Source of the DNA: an uncultured Eubacteriales bacterium
GTDB lineage: Bacteria > Bacillota > Clostridia > Oscillospirales > CAG-272
Reading direction: 5' to 3'
Length of the DNA stretch: 64,000 nucleotides
Assembly (NCBI GenBank): GCA_934486825.1
Contig: CAKSQF010000001.1
Coordinates: 34,905 to 98,904, forward strand
Below the pieces are notes generated by a model, which did no database searches, was not told the origin of the DNA, and worked only from the letters and a program-made list of their open reading frames with translations. Position 1 is the stretch's first letter; the number at the start of each line of letters is the position of its first letter. The translations under genes and the position numbers were made by a program. Positions 10,901-20,723 of the stretch are shown in pieces.

Positions 10901-12076
10901 ATGAAAAAACTGTTTACTTCCGAATCGGTTACCGAAGGTCATCCCGATAAGATCTGCGATCTTATCTCCGATTCGATACTTGATGCAATAATCGCGCAGG
11001 ACCCTATGGCGCGTGTTGCCTGTGAGACTACCGTTACGACCGGTGTTGTCTCGGTGATGGGGGAGATCACTACAAGTGCGTATGTCGATTATGAAAAAAT
11101 AATCCGTGAACGTGTACGTGAAATCGGTTATGACAGGGCAAAATACGGGTTTGACTGCGAAACATGTGCGGTTATGAGTATGATCCATAAGCAATCACCC
11201 GATATTGCGATGGGAGTTGATAAATCGTTTGAAGCAAAGAACGGCGAGGACGGCGCTTACGAAATCGGTGCCGGCGATCAGGGAATGATGTTCGGATACG
11301 CATGTAACGAGACTCCCGAATTGATGCCGATGCCGATTTCGCTCGCACATAAAATGGCAAAGAAGCTTACCGAAGTGCGTAAGAACGGTAGTTTAAGCTA
11401 TCTTCGTCCCGATGGAAAGACTCAGGTAACAGTTGAGTATGACGGTGATCGCCCGATACGCGTTGATACCGTGGTGGTTTCGACACAGCATAATCCGGAC
11501 GTTGAGATAGAGCAGATCAGACGTGATATGCTTGAATATGTAATCAAGCCGACTATACCGGATGGCTTCTTTGATGAAAATACAAAGGTGTATGTCAATC
11601 CGACCGGCAGATTTGTGGTAGGCGGTCCGCAGGGCGATTCCGGACTCACGGGCAGAAAAATAATCGTCGATACATACGGCGGCTACGGCCGTCACGGCGG
11701 CGGCGCTTTTTCCGGAAAGGATCCGACAAAGGTTGACCGTACGGCAGCATATGCCGCAAGATATATCGCAAAAAATATTGTGGCAGCGGGAATCGCAACG
11801 AAATGTGAGGTTCAGCTTGCCTACGCAATAGGTGTGGCAAGACCGGTGTCTCTCATGATTGAAACCTTCGGAACCTCTTCCGTATCCGGTGAAAAGATTG
11901 CCGATGTTGTGATGAAGCTTTGTGATCTCCGTCCGGCTGCCATCATCGAAAAATTCGGACTTCGTCGCCCGATATATGCTTCTCTTGCGGCATACGGACA
12001 GATAGGAAGAGAAGATCTCGGTGTTGCATGGGAAAAGCGTGACCTTGCTCCCGAACTGAAACGAATGCTCGGTTGA
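10901..12076 (+). CDS. metK: S-adenosylmethionine synthetase
   Basis: Carries [36 protein letters not shown] and [15 protein letters not shown]. The ATG at 10901 follows a GAAAGGAAGAG RBS region. Confidence 0.96.
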   Translation: MKKLFTSESVTEGHPDKICDLISDSILDAIIAQDPMARVACETTVTTGVVSVMGEITTSAYVDYEKIIRERVREIGYDRAKYGFDCETCAVMSMIHKQSPDIAMGVDKSFEAKNGEDGAYEIGAGDQGMMFGYACNETPELMPMPISLAHKMAKKLTEVRKNGSLSYLRPDGKTQVTVEYDGDRPIRVDTVVVSTQHNPDVEIEQIRRDMLEYVIKPTIPDGFFDENTKVYVNPTGRFVVGGPQGDSGLTGRKIIVDTYGGYGRHGGGAFSGKDPTKVDRTAAYAARYIAKNIVAAGIATKCEVQLAYAIGVARPVSLMIETFGTSSVSGEKIADVVMKLCDLRPAAIIEKFGLRRPIYASLAAYGQIGREDLGVAWEKRDLAPELKRMLG

Positions 12077-12143
12077 TTGTACGAAAGTTTAAATAAGACA
12101 AATGTACTTTTTTCAGCATAAAATGTATCGGGAGGTAGATTTT

Positions 12144-12296
12144 ATGCTGAAAGTTTTAGCCGAAATAACCATAGCGGTTGTTTGTGTTTATGTCGGTTAT
12201 ACTCTGCTTCACGATATATGCAGATGGCTCGAACATAAACTTCTGTACAGAGAAAATAAAAAAGAACAAAAGACAAAAAAGCGCAAATATAAGTGA
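12144..12296 (+). CDS. Hypothetical small membrane protein (50 aa) with a lysine-rich tail
   Basis: GGGAGG RBS 9 nt upstream of the ATG. It has one hydrophobic helix (LAEITIAVVCVYVGYTLL) and no recognisable family. Confidence 0.3.
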   Translation: MLKVLAEITIAVVCVYVGYTLLHDICRWLEHKLLYRENKKEQKTKKRKYK

Positions 12297-12312
12297 TTGC
12301 GGGTGAAAAATC

Positions 12313-14565
12313 ATGGATCTGAAAGGTAACGATGCCGCTGTGCCCGAAAACGGAGTACATGACGGCAAAGAAACCGTAGAAGGCACAATTGCATATGTTA
12401 CCTATCAGAACGAACAGAACGGCTATTCGGTTTGCGATCTTGATATAGGTAAAGAGGAGATAACCATAGTCGGAATAATGCCGGGAATTTCGGTCGGTGA
12501 AACCATACGTGCACAGGGACATTGGGAGACGCATCAGTCATATGGTGAACAATTCAAGGTGGACTATTACGAAAAAGAGCTTCCCACCTCCGCGGCGTCC
12601 ATGGAAAAATATCTGGCATCGGGCAGTATCAGGGGAATCGGCAAAAAGACCGCAATGAAGATCGTGTCAATGTTCGGCGAGGATACCTTTGACGTTATAG
12701 AAAATCATCCGGATTATCTGACCGATATACCGGGTATAACACCGAAAAAAGCGGGCGAAATATCCGAACAGTTCAAAAGCCAGTTCGGTATGAGAAATGT
12801 TATGATGTTTTGCCGGGATTATTTCGGTCCGGCATTGTCCGTAAAAATATATAAGCAGTTCGGAAGTGGTGCGGTCGAAATTATCAAGCAGAACCCGTAT
12901 ATTCTTTGCGAGCGCGTAAGCGGAATCGGCTTTGAAAGTGCGGATCGGCTTGCCGAATCGCTCGGATTTGACAGATCGAGTGAAGAGAGAATCAAATCCG
13001 GACTCAAATATGCGCTTTCGTGTAATGCGGTTAAAAACGGACATACCTTTATTCCGACGGAAAAGCTGGCAGCACTTACGTCCGGAATCCTTGACGTCAG
13101 CCGTGAATCGGTGGATGAACTGCTTTCGAAGCCGATCGACGGCTTGAAGCTTGTCGAATACGGTGCAGATTCATGCGCATATCTTGAAGAATATTATGAT
13201 GCGGAAAACTATATAGCCCGTAAAATGAATGTTATTTCATCGGCATACAGAAGCGACGGCATTGATGATATATCGCGCCTTCTTGAGCAGATAGAGCATG
13301 AAGAAGGAATAGTGTACGCAAAAAAGCAGAAGAAGGCAATTATCGCCGCTTCGGAAAACGGGATAATGGTTCTGACAGGCGGACCGGGTACCGGTAAAAC
13401 AACGGTAATACGTGCGATAATACGTATCGCCGAACGTCTCGGATATAATGTTGCTCTCGCCGCTCCGACTGGACGCGCGGCAAAAAGAATGTCAGAGGCA
13501 ACCTCGTATGAGGCTAAGACAATACATCGGATGCTTGAGGTCAAATATACCGCCGATGAACCCGAATTTTTGCGTAACGAAAAGAATCTGCTTGATGAAG
13601 AACTGATAATTATAGATGAAGCATCAATGATCGATACACTGCTCATGTCAGCTCTGCTTCATGCAATAAAACCCGGCGCACGCCTTGTGCTCATCGGAGA
13701 CTGCGATCAGCTTCCGTCTGTCGGTGCAGGTCATGTTCTGTGGGATGTGGTCGGCTGTGAGCTTTTTCCGGTAGTCCGGCTTACAGATATATTCAGACAG
13801 GCGCAGGAAAGCAGGATTGTCACAAACGCGCATGCGATAAATAACGGCGAACTGCCTGTCCTTGACGATAAGAAGGGTGACTTCTTCTTTGTGACAAGAG
13901 AAGAGGATCAGATACCGCTTACTGTTGCCGATCTTTGCGTGAATCGCCTGCCTAAACGGTATAATCTGAATGTAAAAAGCGAAATACAGGTAATAACACC
14001 GTCACATAAGGGAGTTGCGGGGACCGAAGCACTCAATGCCTTGCTTCAATCGGCGATAAATCCCCCGGAAAAGGGAAGACCTGAGTATAAATACAAAAAT
14101 ATGGTTTTCCGTACCGGTGACAAGGTAATGCAGATAAAAAACGATTACGATATCGTATGGACTCGCGGCAGTGAAGAGGGCGCCGGAATATTCAACGGCG
14201 ATATAGGGATAATCGACAGGATAAGTTATAATGAAGAAAAAATGTATGTTCTGTTCGACGACCGCCTCGCCGAGTACGGCTTTTCCGATCTGGAAGAGCT
14301 TGAGCACGCATATGCGATAACCGTTCATAAAAGTCAGGGCAGTGAATATCCGGTGGTTGTCATACCGATGTATAATTATACCCCCAAACTGCTTACAAGG
14401 AATCTTCTTTATACCGCAGTTACACGTGCACAGAAAATGGTCGTGCTTGTCGGCAGACCCGAGGTTGTTCAGGGAATGGTTGAAAATAAACGGACGGTAA
14501 ACAGATATACCGGTTTGCGGTATCTGCTCAGAAAAAATGATCTTTCGCTTGAATCTGATAGCTGA
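12313..14565 (+). CDS. recD2: ATP-dependent RecD2-like DNA helicase (SF1)
   Basis: Carries Walker A LTGGPGTGKTT, Walker B LIIIDEASMID, GDCDQLPSVGAG and C-terminal AITVHKSQGSEYP. It is 750 aa with an N-terminal OB/HhH-type region. Confidence 0.88.
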   Translation: MDLKGNDAAVPENGVHDGKETVEGTIAYVTYQNEQNGYSVCDLDIGKEEITIVGIMPGISVGETIRAQGHWETHQSYGEQFKVDYYEKELPTSAASMEKYLASGSIRGIGKKTAMKIVSMFGEDTFDVIENHPDYLTDIPGITPKKAGEISEQFKSQFGMRNVMMFCRDYFGPALSVKIYKQFGSGAVEIIKQNPYILCERVSGIGFESADRLAESLGFDRSSEERIKSGLKYALSCNAVKNGHTFIPTEKLAALTSGILDVSRESVDELLSKPIDGLKLVEYGADSCAYLEEYYDAENYIARKMNVISSAYRSDGIDDISRLLEQIEHEEGIVYAKKQKKAIIAASENGIMVLTGGPGTGKTTVIRAIIRIAERLGYNVALAAPTGRAAKRMSEATSYEAKTIHRMLEVKYTADEPEFLRNEKNLLDEELIIIDEASMIDTLLMSALLHAIKPGARLVLIGDCDQLPSVGAGHVLWDVVGCELFPVVRLTDIFRQAQESRIVTNAHAINNGELPVLDDKKGDFFFVTREEDQIPLTVADLCVNRLPKRYNLNVKSEIQVITPSHKGVAGTEALNALLQSAINPPEKGRPEYKYKNMVFRTGDKVMQIKNDYDIVWTRGSEEGAGIFNGDIGIIDRISYNEEKMYVLFDDRLAEYGFSDLEELEHAYAITVHKSQGSEYPVVVIPMYNYTPKLLTRNLLYTAVTRAQKMVVLVGRPEVVQGMVENKRTVNRYTGLRYLLRKNDLSLESDS

Positions 14566-15328
14566 TTTGCTGTGGCCTCCGATATGTATGTCGTGCGGAT
14601 GTATAATCCCGATCGATTACAGTCGTGATATGGCACTCTGTGATAAATGCTCTGCAAAATTTTCGGTTGAATTGCAGTCGCTTTGTCCGAAATGCGGGAA
14701 TGAGCATATAAAATGCAGATGCAGACCGCGGAATCTTTCGGGAAATGTTTCGGGTTGTATACATGTGTCAAGATATACTCCGTGGGAAAGCGTCACAAAT
14801 AACCTGATACTGCGTGCCAAAGATAACAATTATAAATATCTGTACGAGCTTATGGCAAACGAATCCGTGAAGGCTGTGAAAAAGCGCGTGCCCGATTACA
14901 GACATGCGGTAATAACCTATATGCCGCGCGAGAAATCCAAAATACGAAAATCGGGTGTCGATCAGTCAAAGGATGTAGCAAAGCTCGTTGCGAAAAAGCT
15001 TTCTCTTGATTTCATAAAAGCGATCTGCCGTGTTCATGCCAAAGAGCAGAAAGGTCTTTCATCAAAATAGAGACTTGAAAATGCTTTCTCCGCATATAGA
15101 CTGAATAAGAAGGCAATCCCGGCGGTTGCAGGGAAAACGGTAATCGTTTATGACGATGTTCTGACGACAGGCGCAACCATGTCGGCAGGTGTTGACATCC
15201 TGTTCAGAGCGGGCGCCGCAAGGGTGTTTGTGCTTGCGTTTGCAATGAGATATAATGAAAGAATGAAACCGACGGGTGATGTAGGTGTCGATATCTCAGA
15301 TTACGATGCGTCGGATGAGTTCGAATAA
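14537..15328 (+). pseudogene. comFC: ComF family (ComFC-like phosphoribosyltransferase-fold) gene interrupted by one in-frame TAG at 15068-15070
   Basis: The N-terminal part has Cys-rich zinc-finger-like motifs (CMSCG...CDKC...CPKCG). After the TAG the same frame continues as RLENAFSAYRL...GKTVIVYDDVLTTGATMSAGVDILFRAGAARVFVLAFA, which is the PRTase motif, and ends at the TAA at 15326-15328. Confidence 0.75.
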
Positions 15329-15338
15329 AAACGTAAAT

Positions 15339-15370
15339 AATTGCGGAAGGGAATATCCCCTTCCGCAATT
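15339..15370. terminator. Bidirectional terminator hairpin after comF
   Basis: AATTGCGGAAGGG-AATAT-CCCTTCCGCAATT, a perfect 13-bp stem flanked by A/T runs. Confidence 0.75.
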
Positions 15371-15611
15371 ATTGTTTGTAAATTGTTTCGTTTATGATCC
15401 TGTCAATTGTTTCGTCAAAATCACTGCTTTTCCATTCTCCGTAGTCTCCGGTGTATATGAGTATCGGTTTTTCTTTTATACGGAAAAAGAGAAGCCCAAT
15501 CTCATGACGTGTGCAAAGATAGACAAGCGTGTTTCCGCCGAGCGCGCCTTGATCGCTGTCAACTACCTCAATACAGAAATTAAGATAACGCACCCCGCGT
15601 GGGATTTTCAT
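15369..15611 (-). CDS. Hypothetical 80-aa protein; doubtful
   Basis: The ORF fills the gap between guaA and the comF terminator. Its ATG sits in the loop of the hairpin that looks like the guaA terminator (15594-15629). No family recognised. Confidence 0.25.
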   Translation of the reverse strand: MKIPRGVRYLNFCIEVVDSDQGALGGNTLVYLCTRHEIGLLFFRIKEKPILIYTGDYGEWKSSDFDETIDRIINETIYKQ

Positions 15612-15647
15612 CCCGCATGGGGTGCGCTGTTTGTGCTAAGTTGTTTT

Positions 15648-16628
15648 TTATTCCCACTCGATTGTTCCGGTGGGCTTGGGTGTCAGATCATAGAGAACAC
15701 GGTTTACACCTTCGACCTCATGCGTGATCCTTTCGGTGATCCGACAAAGGAGCGCGAAGGGAACATCTTCGACGGTTGCGGTCATTGCGTCGATCGTGTT
15801 CACCGCACGGATTATCACGGGATAGGCAAATGTGCGTGCGCCGTTCGATATTCCGACCGATTTCATGTCCGGAACAACGGTAAAGTACTGCCATACCTTG
15901 CCGGCAAGTCCTGCCTTGGCAAATTCCTCACGCAGTATTGCGTCAGATTCCCTCACCGCCTCAAGCCGGTCGCGCGTGATAGCGCCGAGACAACGTACTC
16001 CGAGTCCAGGTCCGGGGAACGGCTGACGGTTAACCATTGAGTCGGGAAGACCGAGATATTTTCCGACAACGCGCACTTCGTCCTTGAATAAGAATTTCAG
16101 CGGTTCGACAAGGCTGAATTTAAGATCGTCGGGAAGACCGCCGACATTGTGGTGTGCTTTTACGGGACCCGATTCGAGAATGTCGGGATATATCGTGCCC
16201 TGCGCAAGAAAGTCAATTCCGTCAAGCTTGCGGGCTTCTTCCTCAAATACACGGATAAATTCGGCACCGATTATTTTGCGCTTTTTCTCGGGCTCCGCAA
16301 CTCCGGCAAGCTTGTTCAGAAAACGCTCGGAGGCGTCTACATAAATCAGATTCGCATCCATCTGATTTCTGAAGACTTCAATGACCTGCTCCGGCTCGCC
16401 CTTGCGGAGCAGTCCGTGGTTGACGTGTACACATACGAGCTGTTTGCCGATGGCTTTGATAAGAAGTGCGGCAACTACCGATGAATCGACACCGCCCGAC
16501 AGTGCGAGAAGCACCTTTTTGTCACCTATCTGAGCACGAAGCTCGCTGATCTGTCCGGCAATAAAATCTTCTGCCAGCTCCTTGTTGTTGATCCGTTTCA
16601 TTGTTTCCGGACGCACATTGTTCTGCAT
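15648..16628 (-). CDS. guaA: GMP synthase, ATP-pyrophosphatase/dimerisation portion only (no glutamine amidotransferase domain)
   Basis: Carries the PP-loop [11 protein letters not shown], then [36 protein letters not shown] and the C-terminal KPTGTIEWE. It has its own GGAGGAAC RBS and only 27 nt separate it from the upstream GH43 stop. Confidence 0.9.
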   Translation of the reverse strand: MQNNVRPETMKRINNKELAEDFIAGQISELRAQIGDKKVLLALSGGVDSSVVAALLIKAIGKQLVCVHVNHGLLRKGEPEQVIEVFRNQMDANLIYVDASERFLNKLAGVAEPEKKRKIIGAEFIRVFEEEARKLDGIDFLAQGTIYPDILESGPVKAHHNVGGLPDDLKFSLVEPLKFLFKDEVRVVGKYLGLPDSMVNRQPFPGPGLGVRCLGAITRDRLEAVRESDAILREEFAKAGLAGKVWQYFTVVPDMKSVGISNGARTFAYPVIIRAVNTIDAMTATVEDVPFALLCRITERITHEVEGVNRVLYDLTPKPTGTIEWE

Positions 16629-16655
16629 TTTTTGTTCCTCCGTTGTTTTTTTATT

Positions 16656-17561
16656 TCAGACTAACTTCAGTATTCCGTTTTCCGGTCTGATCTCTGCCAT
16701 ATACGCCCTGCGCGTGTCGTCGTCCGAGGCGGGAGCACCTGCAACACGTGCATGATAGAACATGTAGTAGTGCCCGTTTTCGACGAGAACACTGTTATGT
16801 CCCGTTCCCTCTTCACCGTCTCCCTTGCGTTTGAACGGGCAATAGGTGTTTTCATCGGGATATTTTTTGAATTTAAGGCTTGTAAGATCGTCGGTATCGC
16901 CGTATGCGACCGAGTAGCCGATGAAATAATTTTCATTCATGTAGCAATTGCCCGAATACATGATGTAATGATAATTGCCGTCCCTGAAATAGAAACCGCC
17001 TTCAATGGTGTGCCAGTGCTGACCTTTGAAAAATCTGTCACGCATGAAAATTTCTTCGTCAAGCGTCGCACGGACGACTACCTTCGGATCGTTTGCGGTC
17101 TGAGTCGGCGAAATCATTTTGTCGATTACGATAAGTGTTCCGGCGCGCGCCGCCTGATAATCGTTGATGCTGTAAATTATGTACAGACCTTCGCTGTTCT
17201 TTATGACATGCGGATCGATTGAAAACGGAACGGTAAGATTGCCGAGCAGAATAAATTCGCCGTCGGGACGGTCGCATACCGCCACACGGATCTGCTCCTT
17301 GTGAACATCAACCTCATTCTTTTCCATCGATGAGTAGTACATGTAGAAGAGCGAACCGTATTTTATAACCGAAGGAGCCCAGTATTCCTTTTCATGCTCG
17401 CTTTTTCTGCAAAATCCGCCGTATTGCCAGTCGGTCATGTTGTCGCTGATGTAGAGCTGTATTCCGTCCGCTCCGGTGGAATACATGTAATATCTGCCGC
17501 CGTCCGATATAACGTACGGATCGGGCTGAGATAGGTCTTTTCTGTCGATGTTAAGCTTCAT
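16656..17561 (-). CDS. Glycoside hydrolase family 43-like protein (beta-xylosidase / arabinofuranosidase type)
   Basis: Carries DPYVISDGGRYYMYST, WAPSVIKYGSLFYMYYS and GTGHNSVLVENGHYYMFYH, which resemble beta-propeller GH43 signatures. The ATG at 17561 is preceded by AGGAGC. Confidence 0.7.
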   Translation of the reverse strand: MKLNIDRKDLSQPDPYVISDGGRYYMYSTGADGIQLYISDNMTDWQYGGFCRKSEHEKEYWAPSVIKYGSLFYMYYSSMEKNEVDVHKEQIRVAVCDRPDGEFILLGNLTVPFSIDPHVIKNSEGLYIIYSINDYQAARAGTLIVIDKMISPTQTANDPKVVVRATLDEEIFMRDRFFKGQHWHTIEGGFYFRDGNYHYIMYSGNCYMNENYFIGYSVAYGDTDDLTSLKFKKYPDENTYCPFKRKGDGEEGTGHNSVLVENGHYYMFYHARVAGAPASDDDTRRAYMAEIRPENGILKLV

Positions 17562-17722
17562 ATCGTTTGTTTGCTCCTGATAAATCTGTTTTGCGGTGCT
17601 ACCGCTGTCGATTATATCATATTTTTTGAAATAATTCAATAGAAATGCCATTTTTTCGCCAGAATACTTGACATTCCGCCTGCATACCATAAAAACATGA
17701 GACAGTGAAAGGAGATATACAG

Positions 17723-18403
17723 TTGAAAAATCCGATAACGGGCAGATTTGCTTTCGAATACCGCAGATTTGCGGTGACCGTTACGAAGAAGGCGGCATAT
17801 TTTTTCAGGCAGTCCGCACCTGTTTTTCTCGCTCTCGCGCTGGTGTTTGTATGGTCGGCTGTCGTGTATAAAAAGTCGGCACCGAAGGCATCTGCCGCGG
17901 CTGTCAAAATGGCAAGAGGCGAGATCGTAAGAGCAATAACCGAAAGTGCAACCGAGGCGATAGCTTCGCTTGAGAGTACCGATTTCAACAGAATCAGCTA
18001 TGGTGAAGACCGCACGATAGCGGCGGTTTCCGCAGATACGGTATCTGTTAATATTGCCGTCCGCAAGGTTCTCGATGCAGTAAACGAATCGGTGAAAAGG
18101 CTCGGAAATATATATGTGAGCCTGCCGATAGGTACGCTTGTCGGCGGTGATTATATGTCGGGAAGAGGTTTCCGACTCAGATTCCGTACCGAGCCGTACG
18201 TCTGCTTTACAACAGATGTAAACAGCGAGCTGTGCGAGGCGGGAATCAATCAGATAAGCCACAAAATAGTCCTGACGGTCATCGCCGATGTAACGCTTGT
18301 GTGCATGGGCTATAACGCAAACTTCATTGAATCTGTAAAAATACCGCTTTCCGAATCGGTAATAATAGGGAAAATCCCCGGCGGGATTATTGTGGAAAAA
18401 TAA
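17723..18403 (+). CDS. yunB: Sporulation protein YunB-like
   Basis: It has an N-terminal TM segment and the conserved YunB core EAGINQISHKIVLTV...PLSESVIIGKIPG. The likely TTG start at 17723 lies 8 nt after AAAGGAG; the tracked GTG at 17705 overlaps the RBS. Confidence 0.65.
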   Translation: MKNPITGRFAFEYRRFAVTVTKKAAYFFRQSAPVFLALALVFVWSAVVYKKSAPKASAAAVKMARGEIVRAITESATEAIASLESTDFNRISYGEDRTIAAVSADTVSVNIAVRKVLDAVNESVKRLGNIYVSLPIGTLVGGDYMSGRGFRLRFRTEPYVCFTTDVNSELCEAGINQISHKIVLTVIADVTLVCMGYNANFIESVKIPLSESVIIGKIPGGIIVEK

Positions 18404-18406
18404 ATT

Positions 18407-19135
18407 TCATATGACCGTTCCGCCGTTTATACCGAGAACCTGTCCGGTTATAAAGGATGCGGCGTCGGAGGCAAGCCAGAAAATGCTTTCGGCGACGTCG
18501 GACGGAAGTCCGTTGCGACCGAGAGGGGTGTCTTCGGCAAGACCGCTAAGCGTTTCTGCTCCGAGATTTTCGGTCATGGCAGTTATAATTACTCCGGGAC
18601 TCACACAGTTGACACGTATTCCGGACGGACCGACTTCCTTCGCAAGCGCCCTTGTCATGCCGATAAGTGCGGCTTTTGATGCCGAGTATATTACCTCACA
18701 GGATCCGCCGACCTCTCCCCACATTGATGATACATATATGATGCTTCCCGATTTGCGGTTTATCATGTCGCCGAGAAATTCTTTTGTAATTAGATATGCC
18801 GAACGGACATTGCTGTCCATGATTCGGTCGTAATCTTCTTCGGAGGTGAGCTGAAAAAGATTCTGGTAAGCGACCCCGGCGCAGCATACCAGAATGTCGG
18901 GAACACCGACCGATTTTCTGAATTCGTTTGCCGCATTTGCGACCTGTTTTCCGTCGCGCAGATCGGCGGCAAGCAGCACTGCCTGTCCGCCCGCGTTTTT
19001 TACGGCATTTGCCGTTTCTTTTCCCGCACCGATGTTGCGGCACCCTATTCCGACTGTGTATCCGGCGTCGGCAAATCTGATTGCAGTCTCTCTGCCGATC
19101 CCGCCGGATGCTCCCGTAATCAAAACTGTTTTCAT
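18407..19135 (-). CDS. SDR-family oxidoreductase (3-oxoacyl-ACP reductase FabG-like)
   Basis: Carries the ITGASGGIGR cofactor motif, the YSASKAA catalytic YxxxK and a C-terminal ITGQVLGINGG. Confidence 0.85.
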   Translation of the reverse strand: MKTVLITGASGGIGRETAIRFADAGYTVGIGCRNIGAGKETANAVKNAGGQAVLLAADLRDGKQVANAANEFRKSVGVPDILVCCAGVAYQNLFQLTSEEDYDRIMDSNVRSAYLITKEFLGDMINRKSGSIIYVSSMWGEVGGSCEVIYSASKAALIGMTRALAKEVGPSGIRVNCVSPGVIITAMTENLGAETLSGLAEDTPLGRNGLPSDVAESIFWLASDAASFITGQVLGINGGTVI

Positions 19136-19232
19136 GTTTTTTCCCCATAAATAATATAGTAAGATTCTATCACATCCCGTGCATGTTGTCAAGTAACCGC
19201 ATGACAAAACGGGGTGTGATTTTGTCGTGCGG

Positions 19233-19805
19233 TTATTTCATGAAAACCGATAAAAGTAACCAGAACGAGAACAGGAAAAGGGAGATTCCCGACCCGGTAA
19301 AAAGGAGAAAATATATCGCCGCAATCCACGCACAAAGCAGTACGACAGCTGACAGTATTTTTGTGTATCGTCCGGCGGTTTCTTCGTCATGATTTATAAG
19401 TATGAGCGATTCTATTGCCCTGCCGCCGTCAAGCGAGCTGACCGGTAAAAGATTCAGAAGCCCGAATGACAGATTCTGAAAAGCAAAAAGTGACAGGGGA
19501 TTATCGCGCGCGGACAGGCAGGGAAGAAAGGCGAGCGCGAAAACAAAATTCGAAGCGGGTCCTGATATGTATACGAAAAAATCACTCATGTATGACGAAA
19601 TGAGCCGTGAACGCCTTATGACAAGTCCGAAAGGAGTGATGTCGATCCTGCTGATTTTTCCGCCGGTAATGCCGATGGCGACGATATGTCCCGCCTCGTG
19701 AATCAGAATTGCGGCGAATATCATCAGTGTGTTGTATGTCGGATGCAGGATAGTATAAAGAATAATGCACAGAAGTGCGGTAAAGGAAAAACGAACTGTC
19801 GGCAT
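19233..19805 (-). CDS. M50 family site-2 metalloprotease (short, membrane-embedded)
   Basis: Carries HEAGH (HExxH) inside a TM segment plus NLLPVSSLDGG (NxxPxxxLDG), across multiple TM helices. Confidence 0.7.
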   Translation of the reverse strand: MPTVRFSFTALLCIILYTILHPTYNTLMIFAAILIHEAGHIVAIGITGGKISRIDITPFGLVIRRSRLISSYMSDFFVYISGPASNFVFALAFLPCLSARDNPLSLFAFQNLSFGLLNLLPVSSLDGGRAIESLILINHDEETAGRYTKILSAVVLLCAWIAAIYFLLFTGSGISLFLFSFWLLLSVFMK

Positions 19806-19906
19806 GACCGTAAAAACCGCCTTATGTCAGATATAACAATTGTATGAATTTTTAAGAAAAAATATAATGTATTTTATACATGTAAATGTTTTTGAGCCGA
19901 ATACAG

Positions 19907-19935
19907 TTGACTCACGGCTGTAAATGTGCTATAAT
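19907..19935 (+). promoter_or_regulatory. Sigma-70 promoter upstream of radC
   Basis: TTGACT (19907-19912), a 17-nt spacer, then TATAAT (19930-19935). Confidence 0.65.
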
Positions 19936-20012
19936 AAAGACCGAAAAGTCAAGCATGCGATCAGCCTGCGCGACTTGCTCGCGCAGATATTTTTGACTTT
20001 CGGAGAGAGAAT

Positions 20013-20723
20013 ATGTCTGAAAAAGTTCCAAATATACATGAAAAGCACAGAGAAAGAATGTTTTCAAAATACATGAGTGCGTCGTCCGATTCTTTTCCGG
20101 ATCACGAGCTTCTTGAGATTTTGCTGTTTTACAGTCGCCCGAGAGTGAACACAAACGATATTGCACATAACCTTATCAATAAGTTCGGATCGTTTACCGC
20201 TGTTTTCGAAGCAAGCGTCGAAGATATTGCACAGGTGGACGGAATGGGAGAGAAAAGTGCCATTCTTGTTAAGCTTGTCTTTGACATAATGAGAAGGTAC
20301 GATCTTGCAAGAATAAAAAAGGCTGAAAATTTTGTCGATAAAAGAACTGCCGGGGAGTATCTTGCTTCAAGATTTGCATATACGGTAAAAGAAAAACTGA
20401 TTATATTGCTGCTGGACAATGACTGTTCGATGATAGATTGCAAGGTCGTTGAAGAGGGGACTGTCAATTGTGTCGATACAAACTTCAGAAAAATTATCAA
20501 TCTGATTTGTTCAGCCAACGCGTCTTCAATATATATTGCCCATAATCACCCGGGCGGAGCGGCAAAGCCGTCGGATGAGGATCTGGCTTTTACATATGAG
20601 CTGAGGGAATTGTGCAGGAATATCGGCGTGACCGTCAATGACCATTTTGTCGTTGCAAACGGAGAGTATACGTCTGTTATCGATTATATGGAGAAAGTGC
20701 GATACGAATCGCTCGGATTATGA
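20013..20723 (+). CDS. radC: RadC-family JAB/MPN domain protein
   Basis: Carries N-terminal HhH-like GMGEKSAIL and the C-terminal JAMM motif AHNHPGGAAKPSDEDL. Confidence 0.85.
   Translation: MSEKVPNIHEKHRERMFSKYMSASSDSFPDHELLEILLFYSRPRVNTNDIAHNLINKFGSFTAVFEASVEDIAQVDGMGEKSAILVKLVFDIMRRYDLARIKKAENFVDKRTAGEYLASRFAYTVKEKLIILLLDNDCSMIDCKVVEEGTVNCVDTNFRKIINLICSANASSIYIAHNHPGGAAKPSDEDLAFTYELRELCRNIGVTVNDHFVVANGEYTSVIDYMEKVRYESLGL

Noticed and set aside
15285-16040. 251-aa plus-strand ORF
   Set aside because: It runs through the comF tail, the terminator hairpin and then antisense to guaA. No coding features.
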